NCBI RefSeq assembly: GCF_006345805.1
Contig: NC_043002.1
Coordinates: 66,092,001-66,156,000, forward strand
From: Octopus sinensis
Taxonomy: Eukaryota
Length of the DNA: 64,000 nucleotides
Direction of reading: 5' to 3'
Shown here piece by piece: positions 1 through 13,287 of the stretch (position 1 is the first letter of the stretch; every line of letters starts with the position of its first letter). The notes beneath the pieces were generated by a model that was not told where the DNA came from, ran no database searches, and worked only from the letters and a program-made list of their open reading frames with translations. The position numbers were made by a program, and so were the translations under genes.

Positions 1-328
1 TACGAATTAAGGAATGATCTCACAGCAACATTCCGCCGATATCACAATACAATACAGTCGGCTCCTCCTCACACTGCATTTGCAATGACTAATGATTATG
101 ATCACACACACACACACAGACGTGTGTGTGTGTATTTATATATGTATATATATGTGGAATTCATAACTCGCATGAAGAAAACCCACGTGCATGCGCTTCT
201 ATGCTTATGTAAATGAAAATAGTGGCAGTGTGTGCGTGCTGAGATATACTAGTATAAAAGAATGCATCTAAACCTTGCTACACGTATGTTTCAGATGTGC
301 GTATATATAACCTCAACACACTAGGCAC

Positions 329-402
329 ATGTATAGGTTTATTAATATACGCACTTGTAAGTATAAAGACTTACAAGTACGTATATTAATAAAACTGTAC
401 AT
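329..402. repeat. 34-bp-stem hairpin/palindrome
   Basis: atgtataggtttattaatatacgcacttgtaagt pairs with acttacaagtacgtatattaataaaactgtacat (3 non-WC positions), 6-nt loop ataaag. Confidence 0.8.
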
Positions 403-1671
403 CAAATTTAAAATAATCTCTACAATTCCCAATGCCTATCACAATACGTTGTTGAAATTGATTGAAGTCAACACTATTACATAGGTCGTAAACACTATGT
501 AATAAATATACACATAAGTTACCTCACACACACACACATTATATATATATATATATATATATATTACACACACATGGCGGATTTATGGCTTGCGTAAATA
601 AATGGTAAAGCAGACAGTGCACCTTCTCTTTGTAACTTCAATTCCAATGAGGAAAAGAAAGGGAAAAGTAAATATAAAAGTAAATAACAAAAACAGCGAA
701 ACCAGAGGACAGAGATTTAAGTCAAAACAAAAAAATAACCTTGTGTACTCTAATATATAGGAAGGTAGTTCACTGAAATTTGCGTATAAAAGAATGCCAA
801 ATGAAATAATTCTTGGTGAAATATACCATATTATACATAGTAGAGAGAGAGAAATTGTCTTTATTATTAGAACTGGGTGTAATGTTGAGGTTGCAAGTGG
901 TTTGATAATCTGGGATTGGTTATCACGAAGAAAACTACACACAAACACAAAATATATATAAGGAAGGAAGGAGATAGATGGAAAAAGATAGTGAGTGAGA
1001 GAGATGATGCTAATAACGATCTTATTAATGCAGATGTGAACACCGTCACGGGGCCATTGAGAGAACTGGAAAATGAGATTTTGTGACGTTCATCGTTTTC
1101 CACTGCTACAAAATAGTTAAAGAACTGGTGGTGCCATGAAGCTTTTTAAAGAATTCGACGAAACCCCATATCAGCATCATAGAATAATTATAATTGAATA
1201 AAGCGGAATTCGATGAAATCTATGTGCGTATCGAAAAATCACAATTGAACAACAGTAGTAGTAGTTCAATAAAACCTCGGTCCGCATCGAAAAATCATAA
1301 CTGAATAAATGCTCTTGCGTAATACTGGAGGAAGCGGGGGTGCAGCATTCAATTCATGGAGGTTAGGGTGAAAGCTGAGACAGCTGTTTTCCACTAATAA
1401 ATAATAACAGTGCACAAGTAAAAGGTTAAAACATCAGCCTTGGAGAAGACGTTTTAATATATGGATGGATAGAGCGAAAGAGATGTGGTAGAGAGACAAC
1501 TAATATATATACGATTAATAAAGATTATAGAACGAGGAAGACTGTAGTTTGGCGAGTTTATACACACGCAAATCTGTGTATACATATACATAGACCATTC
1601 TATGTGTATATAAACATGTGGTTTTGGACGTGTGTGTGTATATATATATATATAATATATATGTGTGTGTG

Positions 1672-1950
1672 GCGACAGAGCGTGGCGTAGTGGTTAGATT
1701 GTTAGGCTCAAGATCGTAAAATCGTGGATTTGGTACAGTGTTCTTGAGCAAGACACTTTTATTTCTTATTTCAAATCATTATCAGTTTTTAAAAAATTAA
1801 TCCCAAGGGAAAAGGGGTTAACTGTACGACTACGTGGCGTCCCATCCATGAGCCTCCTGTCTTGTAATATTTCTCACTCACGAGCTTAAATATCTCGGAA
1901 TCTGGAGACAAACGACAACCTAATGAGCCTCGAGGCAACTTTACTTTTTA
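1672..1950 (+). mobile_element. Degenerate tRNA-derived SINE
   Basis: A-box-like tggcgtagtggttag, then cttgagcaagacactttt as in the SINE at 28075/56341, and tggcgtcccatcca resembling the central domain of the 30197 SINE. Confidence 0.55.
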
Positions 1951-1978
1951 ATACACATATGTAGAAAGCTATACTGTA

Positions 1979-2026
<48 letters not shown>

Positions 2027-4113
2027 GATACACAGGTTTTTCTTATGTGTTTATATACCCAGAACTTAGAGTTTTTTGCACGTGTATGTATAATTTCATG
2101 GCTATGTGATTGTCAATTTCATCCACAGGTCTATATATATATATATATATATATATAGGTACTCTTTAAGAAGGGTGGTCTTTTTAAATAGTACCATATA
2201 TATATATATATACATACACTCACACGTATGTGCAATTTGTGCATATATATGGAGATGGAGTTTTTTTTTATGAGTATATGCATGTAGAGATTTTAGCACG
2301 TGTGTGTGTGTCTATCTATATATATATATATATACACACAGACACACACACACGCGAAGTATTGTGCGCATATATGTGATCTTATATGTATACATATATA
2401 GACAGCTATTTAACCTGTTTGTATATAATACCTATGAGCGTATATACATACACATGTAGATAGCTATCTCTTAAGTGTGCATATTTACATTTATAAGAGA
2501 TTTACTCGTGTGTGTATGTATAAACTAGATAGAAAATAGAGATAAGATGAGAGAAATCTCTGGAATAACCACATCGAGAGAATAAAAGATAAACAAGATG
2601 AACAGATGGAAGAGACTGAACGTAGAGTAAATTGTATAATTATGGTGAAGCCGATGTTTTGGGGGATAAACTAGGTTAAATATATATATAATTGGTAATG
2701 GAAATGATTGAAAATTGTGTAACGAAATTGATGTGAACTATAATTGAAAATAAATAATAATAAATAAAATTAATAGTAATGCTGCGTGCGGCTTTTATGA
2801 AATGACTCAATAGATGACATTCGTAAGACCGTCCATTGAGATATGATGACGATGAATAAATAGAGGTTAAAATGAAGGAAGAAAAGAATGAAAAGTAATT
2901 AAACTGAAAGCAATGATCGAATAAAAATGATTTTGAAATATAAGACTGACCTGTCGTATCAGAAATTTGCGCCATTGTTTCTCGGATTAGAACCTTTGTC
3001 CGCCAAGATTCACAAATATGGCGTCCAAACAGATTTACCAACCAAGACTTATTATTCTCAGTGGGACGGGACCAAGTCTGTAAAAGGACTGTCTCTCCGA
3101 TTTACTACTCGTTAAAAATCGGCAATTTCCGGAAGCAACTTTTTATTGCTTCATTCTCAAGTACAACAGAGAACACAAAATCAACTAAAACAAAAATGCT
3201 CGGTGAGATACGAAAAATGCCGAAGTTTACCGATTTAATAATTCCGATCGTGTCAGAAATTTGTTTTTTTTCCTTCATTTTTGTAATTTTTGTAAATTTT
3301 CTTTTATTTTTGCTTCGTTATAAATTAATTTTTTTTTTACTTGATTTATTATTAAAATAACGTTTAAATTTTTTATAAAGGTATAAAAATTTAAATGAAT
3401 CATTTTTTTAAACAATTTTCCGAGGTTGATAGGCGAAAATATAAATCCGTATCAATAATATATATAATAATACTAATAAATTTTTTTTTTTTTTAACCTG
3501 CCAACTAGATGCAATTTTCGCGAAATGTCTCAGAATTATTAAATATCATAAAGATGGACTGATTTTCTCCTGAGAAGATTCCACATTACAATGTGACCTA
3601 CTTTCATCAATGAATACGTAGCTATTCATTACTTCGAATCGATAATTCTATTAAGATATATAAGGACACAGACAATATGATAATGATGTATTATTATCAT
3701 TATCATTATCATTAAGAAATAATTATCATTAAAAATAAAATAAATTAATATATTATCTCTCACTAATAATTGTAAAAAAACAATGTCACACGGATTTTTT
3801 TCTAATAATTTATTATATTAATCGCTGCTTCAGCTAAATATAACCATTAAAAAAAAAAAGAAAAACATGGTGGCAGAAGAAACGCCTGCTTTCTTCTTCT
3901 TGAGAAAAAATAAATAAACAATTTATAAAACCATTTTCGCAGCGTGCACATATCTATGTCTATGATTATATGTGTATACGTGTTGGTGTTAGTGTGTGCA
4001 ATTTTGTTTTTTTTTCCCTATCGCTACATTAAATGTTGTGGCATTAACTTGACTGTTAATTTACTGACGGACGGCGTCTCTGCGATAATTTACCTTAGTC
4101 ATAACACATACAT

Positions 4114-4146
<33 letters not shown>

Positions 4147-4167
4147 TATATACATACATACATACAT

Positions 4168-4207
<40 letters not shown>

Positions 4208-4384
4208 ATATGTGTGTGTGTGTATATATGTATATGTATTTATAAACGTGTATGTATATATATATAAATATATATATATATGTGTGTGTGTGTATTCCAT
4301 TTTCTGTCGTTTATCTGTAATGTGTGTTTGTGTGTACGCGCGAGTATAAATGTGTTTGTGTATGCGCGTGTTGTGTGCTTTTAT

Positions 4385-4630
4385 GAGGTCCTTCTGTGGA
4401 CAACTTCGATAAGTAACAACGGCGTTCCCAATATCAGCTGACGATTTTAATAGACATATTGGATCACGCCATTATAGCTCCTCTGGAATATATGGTGACT
4501 ATGGGCACACAAAATAAGGGAAGATCAAGGTAAAACTCTTGGAGTTCTGTAACGCAAATGATCTCGCGATCGGTGACACGAACTTAGGAAACCACTCAGC
4601 TGCTTGATCACTCCACCAATCAGGTATACA
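4385..4630 (+). mobile_element. Old RTE LINE endonuclease fragment
   Basis: Translates in pieces to DDFNRHIG...LLEFCNANDLAIGDTN, matching GDFNGHVG...LLEFCDANNLMICNTN of the RTE at 23.7-23.9 kb. Confidence 0.7.
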
Positions 4631-4650
4631 CACAAGCTATCTGATCAGTA

Positions 4651-4733
4651 CAGTATTCCCTCGACTACCACGGGTGTTACGTTCCCAAAACCCCGCGGTA
4701 GGTGAGAATCCGCGAAGTAGAAACAGTACTGTA
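4651..4733. mobile_element. Tigger/pogo-like MITE end, same family as 36877-37112
   Basis: TA-CAGTATTCCCTCGACT...GGTGTTACGTTCCCAAAACC matches the reverse complement of the right end of the 36877-37112 element. Confidence 0.6.
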
Positions 4734-4740
4734 TTGTATG

Positions 4741-4776
<36 letters not shown>

Positions 4777-5251
4777 GTATATATTTCCATTTCCATTTGG
4801 GGATTTGGTTTGCAAGATTCTTTATGTGAGTTCGTGTGTTGAAACATATTCTGTTGTGTGTGAGGAGAGTCATTTTCTTTTTGTGCCTTATAATTTAACA
4901 CCCTCACCGGTAAAATTTCCACTTATTTCTTATATTTATTTTCCTAAAATTTTCGTTGCGTCTTGCAACCTTTTCAATGTAGCTATTTTATTATAGATGC
5001 AAAACAACACTACAGAGGGGTCGACGTAAGCTTAAATAAACCGTGATAGGTGAACCACGATATGGCGAGGGATATGTCCTTTCAGAACCCATCTTCTTCA
5101 TTTCGTAAAAGTTTGTCCACCTCATCTTATAACCATTCAATGGCCACCTGATTAAACACCTATCCTGTTGGTGTAGTCCTTTTAAGTTTCCTTTCTTTGG
5201 AAGTTTCAAGAGATAGCCATGTTTCCAGTCTTCAAGGAACATATCTGTATT

Positions 5252-5406
5252 CAGGGGTGGACTGAGCCGTTGGTCAATCGAGCACTGCCTGAGGGCCCGG
5301 AACTCAGAGGGGCCCGCACTCTACATGTTAACTCTACTAAATAAATTCTAAAGGGCCCGGTAAACAGTTATGTCCGAGGGCCCTTAATATTCTACGTTCG
5401 CCCCTA
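5252..5406. mobile_element. hAT MITE, 155 bp
   Basis: TIRs caggggtggac / gttcgccccta; 8-bp TSD tctgtatt / cctgtatc; the LINE reading continues across it. Confidence 0.75.
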
Positions 5407-5820
5407 CCTGTATCCCAAATTTTTTGAACAGGTGGTAAAGAATTTCGATCGACTAATTCATATCCGTTTCCAGGGTCTCAGATGGGATTGCGTCTGGGCT
5501 AGGTGCGTTCCCGTTTCTCTTTTTAAAGATTGCTTTCCAAGTTTCTTCTTGGGGTGGGATCTCTGTGTGGTATTCTACGAGTTTCAGCTAAAGGTCTATC
5601 TGGATAACTGAGTGGAGCAAGACGGTTTTGAAACTTTACAAAGCTTTCCTTCCATCTCTCAACCGTTCCTGCTGGCTTGTAAAAATGTTTTTCCGTCATT
5701 GTCTTCGACTGGGATGGAAGTGGCTTGCAGATTTCCTGAGAAGGCTTTAGATGATGTAGAATTCTTTCAGGTTTCTCTTGATCTTTTCTTCTTCCGCTTC
5801 CCGAGCAAGTTCCTCTACAT

Positions 5821-6073
5821 CAATGGTTCTCAACCATTTTTTTTTTTTTATTCCTATAGACCCCTTTAATTTTATTCGGATGGACCCTCATAGCCATTCG
5901 ATTTTTTAAAACTCCTATTATATTTTTGTAATTCAATGTTATTTGGAATTGTATTTAAAAAAAAATGTTTTGCGTATTGCAGAAGTATATAAATAATTTC
6001 TTGTCCGTAAATTTTACAACAAAATTTTATATGGACCTCGAAGTGCCAGGTGGACCCACGTTGAGAACCATTG
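5821..6073. mobile_element. hAT (Charlie-like) MITE, 253 bp
   Basis: TIRs CAATGGTTCTCAAC / GTTGAGAACCATTG; 8-bp TSD ctctacat / ctctatat. Confidence 0.85.
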
Positions 6074-6369
6074 CTCTATATTGTTTCTCTTGTTTCTTTT
6101 TACACTTCATTTCACAGCCTAGGGGACTTCGGTTGTACTCTCTCTCTCTCTCTTTGTTTCTCTGCTTTGCTTGCTCTTGTTTTGCAGTTAAGTTCGGTTT
6201 TCTTCTTTTTGCGGACGGCTACTTCTCGTAGAATCTCTGTTGAAGGGGAAATGGGGTTAGCTGGGACACATCCTACGGAAACCTATTTCAAACATTACAA
6301 CGCAAGCCCTCCGATTGACATCCCAAAGGAGACACAAGTGTGACAGATCAAAAACAAGACTGACGTCCT

Positions 6370-6760
6370 AGAACTACAGCAGTTGATGAAGGATGTGGTG
6401 AGAAGGCAGTGGTTGTGTGAAAGGAAGACGAAGTATACATTTAGCAATGCACTTTACTTCAGTTGTTAGCCAGTTTTGTGGCACGTAGAATAAGATTGGT
6501 GGAGGTGCAACGCAAAGAGTACAATAATTGAGTCCGATGAAGATGGTGTTGTAAAAGAAAGGGTAAATGTAGAAGTGAAGACGAGAGCAGGAGATAAATC
6601 CGAGGATGTGAGAGGAGAAAGTTACGAAGTTTGCGAGCGCGCTTAAACGAGGGAAGACACGGAAACTGACAGAGCTTGATTGGAGGCGGTCGAATAGACG
6701 GAAGGTGGTCCGCTGGAAAGGCAATTTGTTGGTCTAGGGAAAGAAAAGAGAGCCAGGTAA
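6370..6760 (-). mobile_element. Possible very old CR1/L2-type LINE RT C-terminal fragment
   Basis: ILGFISCSR...FYNTIFIGLNYCTL resembles the LGFIxR...LY.slI.p.LdYc motif; weak. Confidence 0.35.
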
Positions 6761-7375
6761 GACGTGGGATTAAGTACAATCGTTTCATCACCTTTCATTG
6801 TAGTTAATATGTTGCGATATGTCAGTAAATATAGTCGGCAACTTAAGACATCCAAAAAATTTATAGTTGGCAACACAGTAGGATATTGTTTTATAACGAC
6901 AAGCAAAATTAATAACATGGAATGAAGCTAATTTTCTTGTCAAATTTAACTACTACTTCCTTATTCCGTTGTTTCTCTTGCACAAATGAAATTAATTAGA
7001 CCTGCCCAATTTGGAACTGTTGGTGGGTATTCATCCGCAAGGTCACAGAATCAACAAGCATATTACATTTTGTGAAATTCTGAAGAATCGACCTCATCTA
7101 GTGCTATAAAGGAAATCCTTTATTTCTCCAACAATAGTTTCCATGACGCAAGATTGGTTACTATAGAGAATGATGAAACTATTGTAAACGATATATTCAA
7201 ATAATTAGCTAACTCCGTTCTTCTATATTCGTTACAATATATACTCTACGGATATTTTGAGGATTTTCAGATAAGTAGAGTTGTGGCGAGAAAAAGCTTC
7301 CCACATTTCAATTTTCAGATAAACGATATTTGTCGAAGTTCTTTTGTGGATTATATAATGTCATTCCAGTTCACT

Positions 7376-7440
<65 letters not shown>

Positions 7441-7984
7441 AATTTTTTCCGTAATGAGATAAAAAAAAAACCTACGGCTGTGAAATACATGCACACATAC
7501 ATACATACGTAAAATACATCCTTTTAGTTTTCATCCAATAAATTTCACTACCAAAAAATTGGTAAACTCGTGCCACTCAGTGGATTTTACCTAAAACCAT
7601 GTGACTAGCAAATCTATTTTCTGAACCACATTGTAATTCGCATACATGCACACGTATACAATCACAATCTAGTATGTTTTTTTTTAGGTTTACTTTTGTA
7701 AGGTGAAAATGTGGACGTACAACTATTTCAATCTATTAAAAAAATGTTAAGTTTAACGACTTTTTTAGGCTTACACAATAATTTCAATATATAAGAATGT
7801 CAAGTTATACAACATTTAATGCACATTTTTTTTTATGACAGGCACATCTGTTGCCAACTCTTCGTAGAAAATAGGGTAACTTTTCGATATTGCTTGCATT
7901 AAGCAGAGAACGGCAAGCTTTTTTAAAACTTTGTAGCGAACTCAAGAGAACTTCCTCTCCTTATTATATATACATACATACGAA

Positions 7985-8236
7985 TGTAGCAGGTAACAGC
8001 TAACCTTTGGGCACTGTTTTGGATACCGTTGTGTCTACCACTCTGATTAGTTGCTGTTAGTTCAATTTGATCGTGTGCCAGTGTGCAACCCAATCAATCG
8101 CAGCTTCCAAATAAATCACGTGAGACAGTTTGTTCTAAACTATATTTGAGCCAACCTTTTGGCTATAAAAACTCACCTCCTCCTAGTTTCGGGGTCTGTT
8201 GGTTCTAGACCTTATAAGGTCTAACCACTGACAACA
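7985..8236 (+). repeat. Unclassified ~250-bp dispersed repeat, copy 1
   Basis: Its reverse complement aligns along its length with 57641-57892 (gtcagtgg.tagacctta, cacgtgatt, aatcagagt.g, atccaaa, caaagg.tagctgtt). Confidence 0.7.
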
Positions 8237-8989
8237 TTATAGCAACCTCCATCTTTGTCACCACCATCATGTCTCTCACCAACGTCGTTAACAACATCTA
8301 CACAACACCAACACACTGCACAGCTTTTAACATATCGCTGTTCCTGAACTCACCAGGGTTAACGGCAAACATACAACCCACATAGATGCATGTAGATATA
8401 TGAATAAATGTCCATCAGCCACTTCAGTTTATCATTCAGCTTGTGTTACCTCCTTGTTCCATGTATTTCTTTATACCGTGTTCCTGTCAAATGATATTAG
8501 AGCCTTCTGAGTAGAATCACATTATATGGAATACAACCTATCTGTTCTAAAACTTCATCAATGATACACCGTTTCAACTACACTGTTGCTCTAAAATTAT
8601 TTTCTTCATTTGCTTTCATTACTCTGCGACTCTGACGCCTTGGTCCCATCTAATTTGACTTACTAAGACACCGTCCATTGTGAATTTATAAATTGTGACT
8701 ACGTGATTCGCATATCCCCTTATCGTTTAACTGGGTCTTGGGAGGGGGTGTTATAAAGTCGAGGTCCCATGCAAGTTACTTTGTGTTATTGGCAGAATCG
8801 TTAAAACCTCAGACCATATGCTTTGCGACCTTTATTCTGACTCCTTCCGTTCTGATTTCAAATCCCGCCGGGGTCATCTGTCCCTTTCTTCCTTACAGAA
8901 GCGACAAAATAATACCAATCAAGTACTGAGACCGATATAATCGACTTTCCCCCTCCCCACCCCACCCCAAAAAATTACTAGCTTTATTC

Positions 8990-9217
8990 TTTTACTTGTT
9001 TCAGTCATTTTGACTGCGGCCATGCTGGAGCACCGCCTTTTAGTCGAACGTATCGATCCCCAGGACTTATTCCTTGTAAGCCTAGTACTTATCCTATCGG
9101 TACCTTTTGCCCGACCGCCAGTTTATGGGGACGTAAACACACCAACATCGGTTGTCACACGATGGTTAGAGGACAAACACAGACACACAAACATATACAT
9201 ATATGTGTGTGTGTGTG

Positions 9218-9254
<37 letters not shown>

Positions 9255-9625
9255 TCTACTCTTTTACTTGTTTCAGTCAAATGATGACTGTGGCCATGCT
9301 GGAGCACCGCCTTTAGTCGAGCAAATCGACCCCGGGACTTATTCTTTGTAATCCTAGTACTTATTCTATCGGTCTCTTTTGCAAAACCGCTAAGTTGCGG
9401 GGACATAAACACACCAGCATCGGTTGTCAAGCGATGTTGGGGAACAACACATACACACACACACACACACATATACGACGGGCTTCTTTCAGTTTCCGTC
9501 AACCAAATCTACTCACAAAGTTTTGGTCGGCCCAAGACTATAGTAGAAGACACTTGCCCAAAGTGCCACGCAGTGAGACTGAACCAGGAACCATGTGGTT
9601 GGGAAGCAAGCTTCTTATCACACAA
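8990..9625 (-). mobile_element. tRNA-derived SINE family A (partial plus near full copy)
   Basis: Same family as the + copies at 52452, 61352 and 63754: Pol III box-like head, CTTGGGCAAGTG core, internal (TA/TG)n, tail tgactgaaacaagtaaaag. Confidence 0.85.
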
Positions 9626-9649
9626 AATTAGAAAGTTAGAAAGTATTTT

Positions 9650-10190
9650 AAGTTCAAATTCCGCCACGGTCGACTTTGCCTTTCATCCTTTCGGGGTCGA
9701 TAAATTAAGTACCAGTTACGCACTGGGGTCGATGTAATCGACTTAATCCGTGTGTCTGTCCTTGTTCGTCCTCTCTGTGTTTAGCCCCTCGTGGGTAGTA
9801 AAGAAATAGAAATAGGTATTTCGTCTGCCGTTATGTTCTGAGTTCAAATTCCGCCGAGGTCAACTTTGCCTTTCATCCTTTCGGGGTCGATAAATTAAGT
9901 ACCAATTACACACGGGAATCGACTTAATCCCTTTGTCTGTCCTTGTTTGTCCCCTCTATGTTTAGCCCCTATGTTGGGCAATAAAGAAATAAGAAACGTT
10001 AGCAAGCCGGGCGAAGTGCTTAGCTGTATTTCGTCTGTCTTTATGTTCTGAGTTCAAATTCCGCCGTGGTCAACTTTGCCTTTCATCCTTTCGGGGTCGA
10101 TAAATTAAGTACCAGTTACGTACTGGGTCGATCTAATCGACTGGCCTCCTCCCCCAAAATTTCAGGCCTTATGCGTAGAGTAGAAAAGAA
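9650..10190 (+). mobile_element. SINE family B, three tandem partial copies
   Basis: gagttcaaattccgcc.aggtc.actttgcctttcatcctttcggggtcgataaattaagtacc repeated 3 times. Confidence 0.85.
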
Positions 10191-10321
10191 ATTTCAACGT
10201 TTTGGGTTTTTTTTTTCTCTTTTAGCAAGGAATTCTCAATTACAACCTATACAAGTTCGAGCTTAGTCTAACTCTACACTCCTCATTGATCTTCATACTC
10301 TTGATTCCACAATTCAAACGA

Positions 10322-10506
10322 GCGGATTTTAACACGTATAATGAACCATTGTGTATGAGAAACCCCTTAATTTTAAGGGTTTAAAATTCATAAAAAAAGG
10401 TTTTGCAAGGGATTATAATACTATCCATGTATAAAAAAAACTCCTATATTTTTTTAACCTAATTTTTGACAAAAAAGGGTTCCTTATACACGTTAAAATA
10501 CGGTAA
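10322..10506. mobile_element. Probable Tc1/pogo-type MITE
   Basis: attttaacacgtataa vs ttatacacgttaaaatacggta inverted ends; the left TIR is eroded. Confidence 0.45.
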
Positions 10507-10929
10507 TATGGAGAAAAAACCAGCAACATTCCCGTGGTGAGCTAGACAGAACTGTTGACGAATTGTTTGTGAACAGTACGCAGACTGCTTATTTGCACAT
10601 AACAAAGTTTGAAGAAAATTATCTTCAATAGTCAAAACTCTCATTATTACTGCCATTTAACAAAATTACTCTAGTGTTACGACAGTTCGTACGTTTTAGT
10701 ATCTTGAATTGTAAAGGTCACGGAGATACAACACTTTTTACTGTAAGAAGTTAGAGAACTTAGATATCTGCAAGTAAATATCCAGTGGACTTTTGACCTT
10801 TTAGGAGATACGGCTACTCGAATTGTTAGTGATGTCATACATATATATGCACGTGTGTGTGCATATAAAATATATATGTACATACAGACATATATGCACA
10901 CATATATTACATTATGTGTGTGTGTGTGT

Positions 10930-10993
<64 letters not shown>

Positions 10994-11889
10994 ATATAAT
11001 ATAATATAAATAATATATAAATATATGCATATATACATACATATACGTACATACCTACATATATATGTATATGTACATGCATATATGGGTACAGGAATAC
11101 ATACATATACATCTATATATGCATACATACGCATTCATTCATACATACATACATACATACATACATACATACATACATACATACATACATACATACATAC
11201 ATGTAACGACGGATCTCATTTAAAGTCTCTTTTCCATGCTAGTATGGGTTAGATGGTTGCACAAGATCCGGCGATCCGCAGTGCCGCGCTGAGTTCCAGT
11301 GCCAGCCTTGGCATGGTTTCTATGATTGGCAGTCCTTTAAATTACCAACTACATTACCGTGTGTATTTGGTGCTCATTTTCGTGCCACCGGTATCGGTGA
11401 GGTTGCTGAGTAATTTGCAAAACAGAAAAAGAACAGAGGAAAAAGAAAAAGCTCTCGCTACTAAGTGAGGCGAGGGTGCCTTTATGCCAGGTGTCAAAAG
11501 GCTAAAGTATGATGAAGAGACAAGCTACAGATGTCTTGCTATAGAAGAGATGCATGGCTACCTCGCATTATATCAGGATGGGTCGGTGGAGTTGAGAAAA
11601 TAAAAAGTAATGATGGAGTGGCAGAGAAAGTCTCAAGATATAAGGTGAGCATAAGTGGGAAAGAGAAAGTGGGTGTGGGTGTATTTGTGAGCCAACGAGT
11701 CTCTCGACGGAAAGAAAATCTTGTAACACCAGTAGAGAGCTCCTTCAAATACAGTCGCTGTATACGTGACTGTCACTCCCGTGTGGTCCTCTGCAGTTAT
11801 AGTAGACGCTGCACCACAAGCAGCCGACACAATTTCTTCGAGAGCAGGTCCGTAGTCTCTCGAGATCGACGAGTGCCTATTACTATATG

Positions 11890-12289
11890 GGATCTTTTCG
11901 GTTTGAACGGCAGTTTTTTCTAGCGGTGTCATATGAAATTGTCACCCATAATTATAACCCTAGTATCGATCAATTGCATTTCAATCTGTTTTAGGGTTAG
12001 GGGTGGGGGAAGGGTATCTTTTTTTCTTCACAAATGTAAATGAACCCAATCTGTGTCTTAAACGAGGGACATATTCATACGGCACAGAATGTTTTGTTTT
12101 TACCTCAATGGACGTCATTGATTGGTTGAAATTGCAGAAATTGAACAAAAAAACAACAAATATCTTACAACTATAGAATTTTCTCAATAAAGCCAAGAGA
12201 AAAAGATGTTTTATAAACACATTCTACCAGTATACGAAGTTTAAAATATTTTAGTCACCTAGAAATTATCTTAAAAACTGAAAAGATTC
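11890..12289. mobile_element. Non-autonomous DNA transposon, GGATC termini, 7-bp TSD
   Basis: Ends GGATCTTTT / AAAAGATTC; perfect TSD ctatatg (11883-11889, 12290-12296); shares gtcattgattggttgaaatt and acacattctaccagt with the arm of 14896-15629; internal ttagggttaggg. Confidence 0.8.
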
Positions 12290-12334
12290 CTATATGTGTT
12301 TGTGTGTATGTTTGTGTGTGTGTTTATACATACA

Positions 12335-12367
<33 letters not shown>

Positions 12368-12904
12368 TTATACGTATTATTTATTAACAGCTATACCATA
12401 AGTATTCATATGCAAATATGCAAGCTACCTTTGGTTTCATTTAAGAAAGTGACTCTAAATGTGTCTATAGAAAAATCCCACATTTGTCGGGCCTGTTTAA
12501 ATATTTAGGCAAGCCCAATGAATCTTGTTAATGGCGAAGTTTGTACCGCTTATAAAGAAACGTACTGGATAATTCACAATCATCAGAAAGATGTAAATTA
12601 TCCAATACAGTTCAGCTTTGACTCAAGTAATGTGATGACTTTCAAGTGGAAATTGATGCAATAATATGAAAAGGATTCATAAAGGTATTATATTGAACAT
12701 TAAACTCGCTGTTTTAACAAAGGTTTCATGTTGCAGAAAAATAAATCATTCATATTGATAAAAACAACGCCTGCAGCAGAAAAAATATATCTAATTAAAG
12801 ATGGACAATCCGTTAAATGCGTAGACATTTTTTTTCTTTTCTTTTTTTAATTTTTTTTTATATAGAGCTAGAATAACGATTAAAATGGAACGGGATTGGA
12901 CGTA

Positions 12905-13287
12905 ATACTTTTCTACTATAAGCATAAGGTCTGAAATTTGGTGGAGGGGGATAATAGATTTCATCGACCCAGTGCATAACTGGTACTTATTTCATTGACC
13001 CCGAAAGGATAAAAGGCAAAGTCGATCTCAGCGGAATCTGAACGTAGCAATGGGCGAAATACCTATTTCTTTACTACCCACAAGGGACTAAACACAGAGA
13101 GGACAAACAAAAGGATTAAGTTGATTATATCGACCTAAGTGCGTAACTGGTACTTATTTAATCGACCCCGAAAGGATGAAAGGCAAAGTCGACCTCGGTG
13201 GAATTTGAACTCAGAACGTAGCAGCAGACGAAATACCGCTTCGAATTTCGCCCGGCGTGCTAACGTTTCTGCCAGCTCGCCGCCTTT
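12905..13287 (-). mobile_element. SINE family B, two copies with CpGs retained
   Basis: atcgaccccgaaaggatgaaaggcaaagtcgacctcgg...tttctgccagctcgccgcc. Confidence 0.85.

Larger units (their letters stand above)
5085..6240 (-). mobile_element. Degenerate RTE-type LINE fragment (linker to RT N-terminus) interrupted by two hAT MITEs
   Basis: Minus-strand peptides ETWKAIFKKRNGNAPSPDAIPSETL...LYHLFKKIWD and FLEDWKHGYLLKLPKKGNL, typical of non-LTR RT domain 0/1. Confidence 0.75.

Noticed and set aside
1140-1310. Three ~55-65-bp degenerate repeats as a CRISPR-like array
   Set aside because: The units are diverged throughout, with no constant-repeat/unique-spacer pattern; eukaryotic context with no cas genes.
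3944-4300. YIYI/HTHT/CVCV ORFs here and throughout the window
   Set aside because: They are translations of (TA)n, (CA)n and (TACA)n microsatellites, which lack stops in several frames.
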